Positions 62,401 to 64,000 of a stretch of 64,000 nt of DNA are shown here, piece after piece. Position 1 is the stretch's first letter. The number at the start of each line of letters is the position of its first letter. Made by a program: the position numbers and the translations under genes. This DNA is from Antedon mediterranea (taxonomy: Eukaryota > Animalia > Echinodermata), in contig NC_092675.1 in the NCBI RefSeq assembly GCF_964355755.1, forward strand, positions 15,596,912-15,660,911. Direction: 5' to 3'. The notes under the pieces are model-generated. The model saw only the letters and a program-made list of their open reading frames with translations, was not told where the DNA came from and did no database searches.

Positions 62401-64000
62401 AAGCTATTGGATTGTAGATACGAATTCATGTAAACATTTTGCCAATCGGATGTTGTGACGTCATCATATGGCCAGTTGAATAAAAAAAGTCGTATTTTCA
62501 TATTTTGCGTAATAGTTCATCACATTTAAAAGGGTGCGCATCAATATTTTACGTATTCAAATTTCTTCTACACGTTAATATGTTGTTCCTGAGATAATTT
62601 CCTTCTGAAAGTGCTATCTAAGTGTTTCATTTTGATACCGTCGCCATGTTAAAAATTGGAATAAATGGCGGGTCCCGTAATTTCACCTATTCTACACTGT
62701 ATGTAATATGTATACAGATTATACTGTTTGCATGTATATACTATATGACACGAAATTGACAGAATTCAGCACTAACAGCATATCATATTCTTCAGTTCTT
62801 GTCATAATGCCATAATCTTTATCTGTGTGCAATATTCCAACGTAAGACGTGCACGTGGCGTTTATCGTGGTGCGGATAACTAACTCGTCAAAGTGACGAG
62901 TTTCATGTCTAGTTTTTTCTTATTTCTTTCTCCCTCATTTTTGTGTCTCACGTATCTCAAAAACTTGTAAACATAACATTTCATTACTTTGTCAACATAT
63001 GGGCATTTACGTGAAGTTGTGCACCTCCTATTTTTGAATGACGTCAGAGTTGCGCAACGTGACTTACGTGCGATTTTATGATTTTTTATGATTGATCATA
63101 GACTAAAAACCAAGCATAAATTTGTTTTGACACTTTGTAAAAATTTAAGTCATATCAAGGGAAAACTTTTTGTGGATTAAAAATGCCATGTTTTACAAGA
63201 CGTTACGCGCGCACGCGCATTTCTCCTCTATTTTTGTGTCTCGCGTATCTAAAAAACGTGTAAACATAACATTTCATAACTTTGTCAACATATGGGCATT
63301 CACGTGAAGTTGTGCACCTCCTATTGTGAATGACGTGAGAAATGCGCAACGTGACTTACGCACAATTTTATGAATTTCGCGTATTTAACATAGATTTAAA
63401 ACCATATAACAATTTAAATTGAAACTTAGCAAAAGTTTAATTTATATCATGCGCTAACTTTCTGTGGATAAAAAATTGCGTGTTTTACACAAAGTTACGC
63501 GCGCACGCTAATTTAAAATTCAAAATGCGAAAAATCAATTTCTAATCAACTTTCTACGTGTTTCATGTCATTTTAAGCATGTAAAAAATTCCCACGCGCG
63601 CGCTTTTTTTTACGCGCGCGGTGCGAACGTAGCGTTGAAAACCATTTTTCTCTCGTGATTTATGTTTTCAAGCCTTTTATAGTAATTTTACCAACTTTGA
63701 AACAATTTCGACTTCAAATTACGTCATACGGGCACGTCGAATTGGATAATTTATTTGCGTTTTTGAGGAAAAAGTTCAAACATTTGTCAAAATTATACCT
63801 TTTTTTAAACAATCATAGATTCTAAACTACGAGGTGAACTTTGTTTAAATTACATATCCAGGAAGATGATAAGTTGTAGATAAGGAATCATGCATTGATA
63901 TGGCAAACCGGACATTGTGACGTCATCGTATGGCCACGCGAATATAAAATATAGGATTTTTGTATCTTTCGTCATAGCGCATCTCATTTAATAGAGCGCC
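59443..64000 (+). mobile_element. Second nested cluster of the Helitron/Helentron-like family (runs off the window)
   Basis: Six stacked 5' hairpin termini (59443-59830), bodies ending in CTAG at 61388 and 62912, a truncated body at 62913-63222, and another body from ~63223. Confidence 0.88.

Noticed and set aside
54952-64000. Hook exon 1 / promoter
   Set aside because: No ATG-initiated exon ending in W|gt with Hook similarity was found. It is presumed to lie outside the window.

Overview
AT-rich eukaryotic (invertebrate metazoan) genomic DNA with two convergent spliced genes. The first is a nucleotide-sugar transporter of the SLC35D1/D2 (fringe connection) family on + (9 coding exons seen, 1867-15278; 5' exons upstream of the window). 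The second is a Hook microtubule-tethering gene on - (16 coding exons seen, 54951 down to the stop at 20180; exon 1 not found, probably beyond 64000). The introns hold many mobile elements: a near-complete Penelope-like element (RT + GIY-YIG), a full-length but frameshifted RTEX-like LINE nested in a long-TIR element, an internally deleted Academ-like transposon, several MITE families, SINEs, CR1/L2 fragments, minisatellites and two minimal hammerhead-ribozyme motifs. The most striking structure is a ~1.55 kb non-coding Helitron/Helentron-like family that appears to insert into its own 5' T-tract. This builds stacks of 5' termini followed by runs of headless bodies, and in the 47.4-53.8 kb cluster the terminal-repeat variants pair up like balanced brackets. 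All calls are by eye, from the sequence and recalled family motifs; no database search was run.
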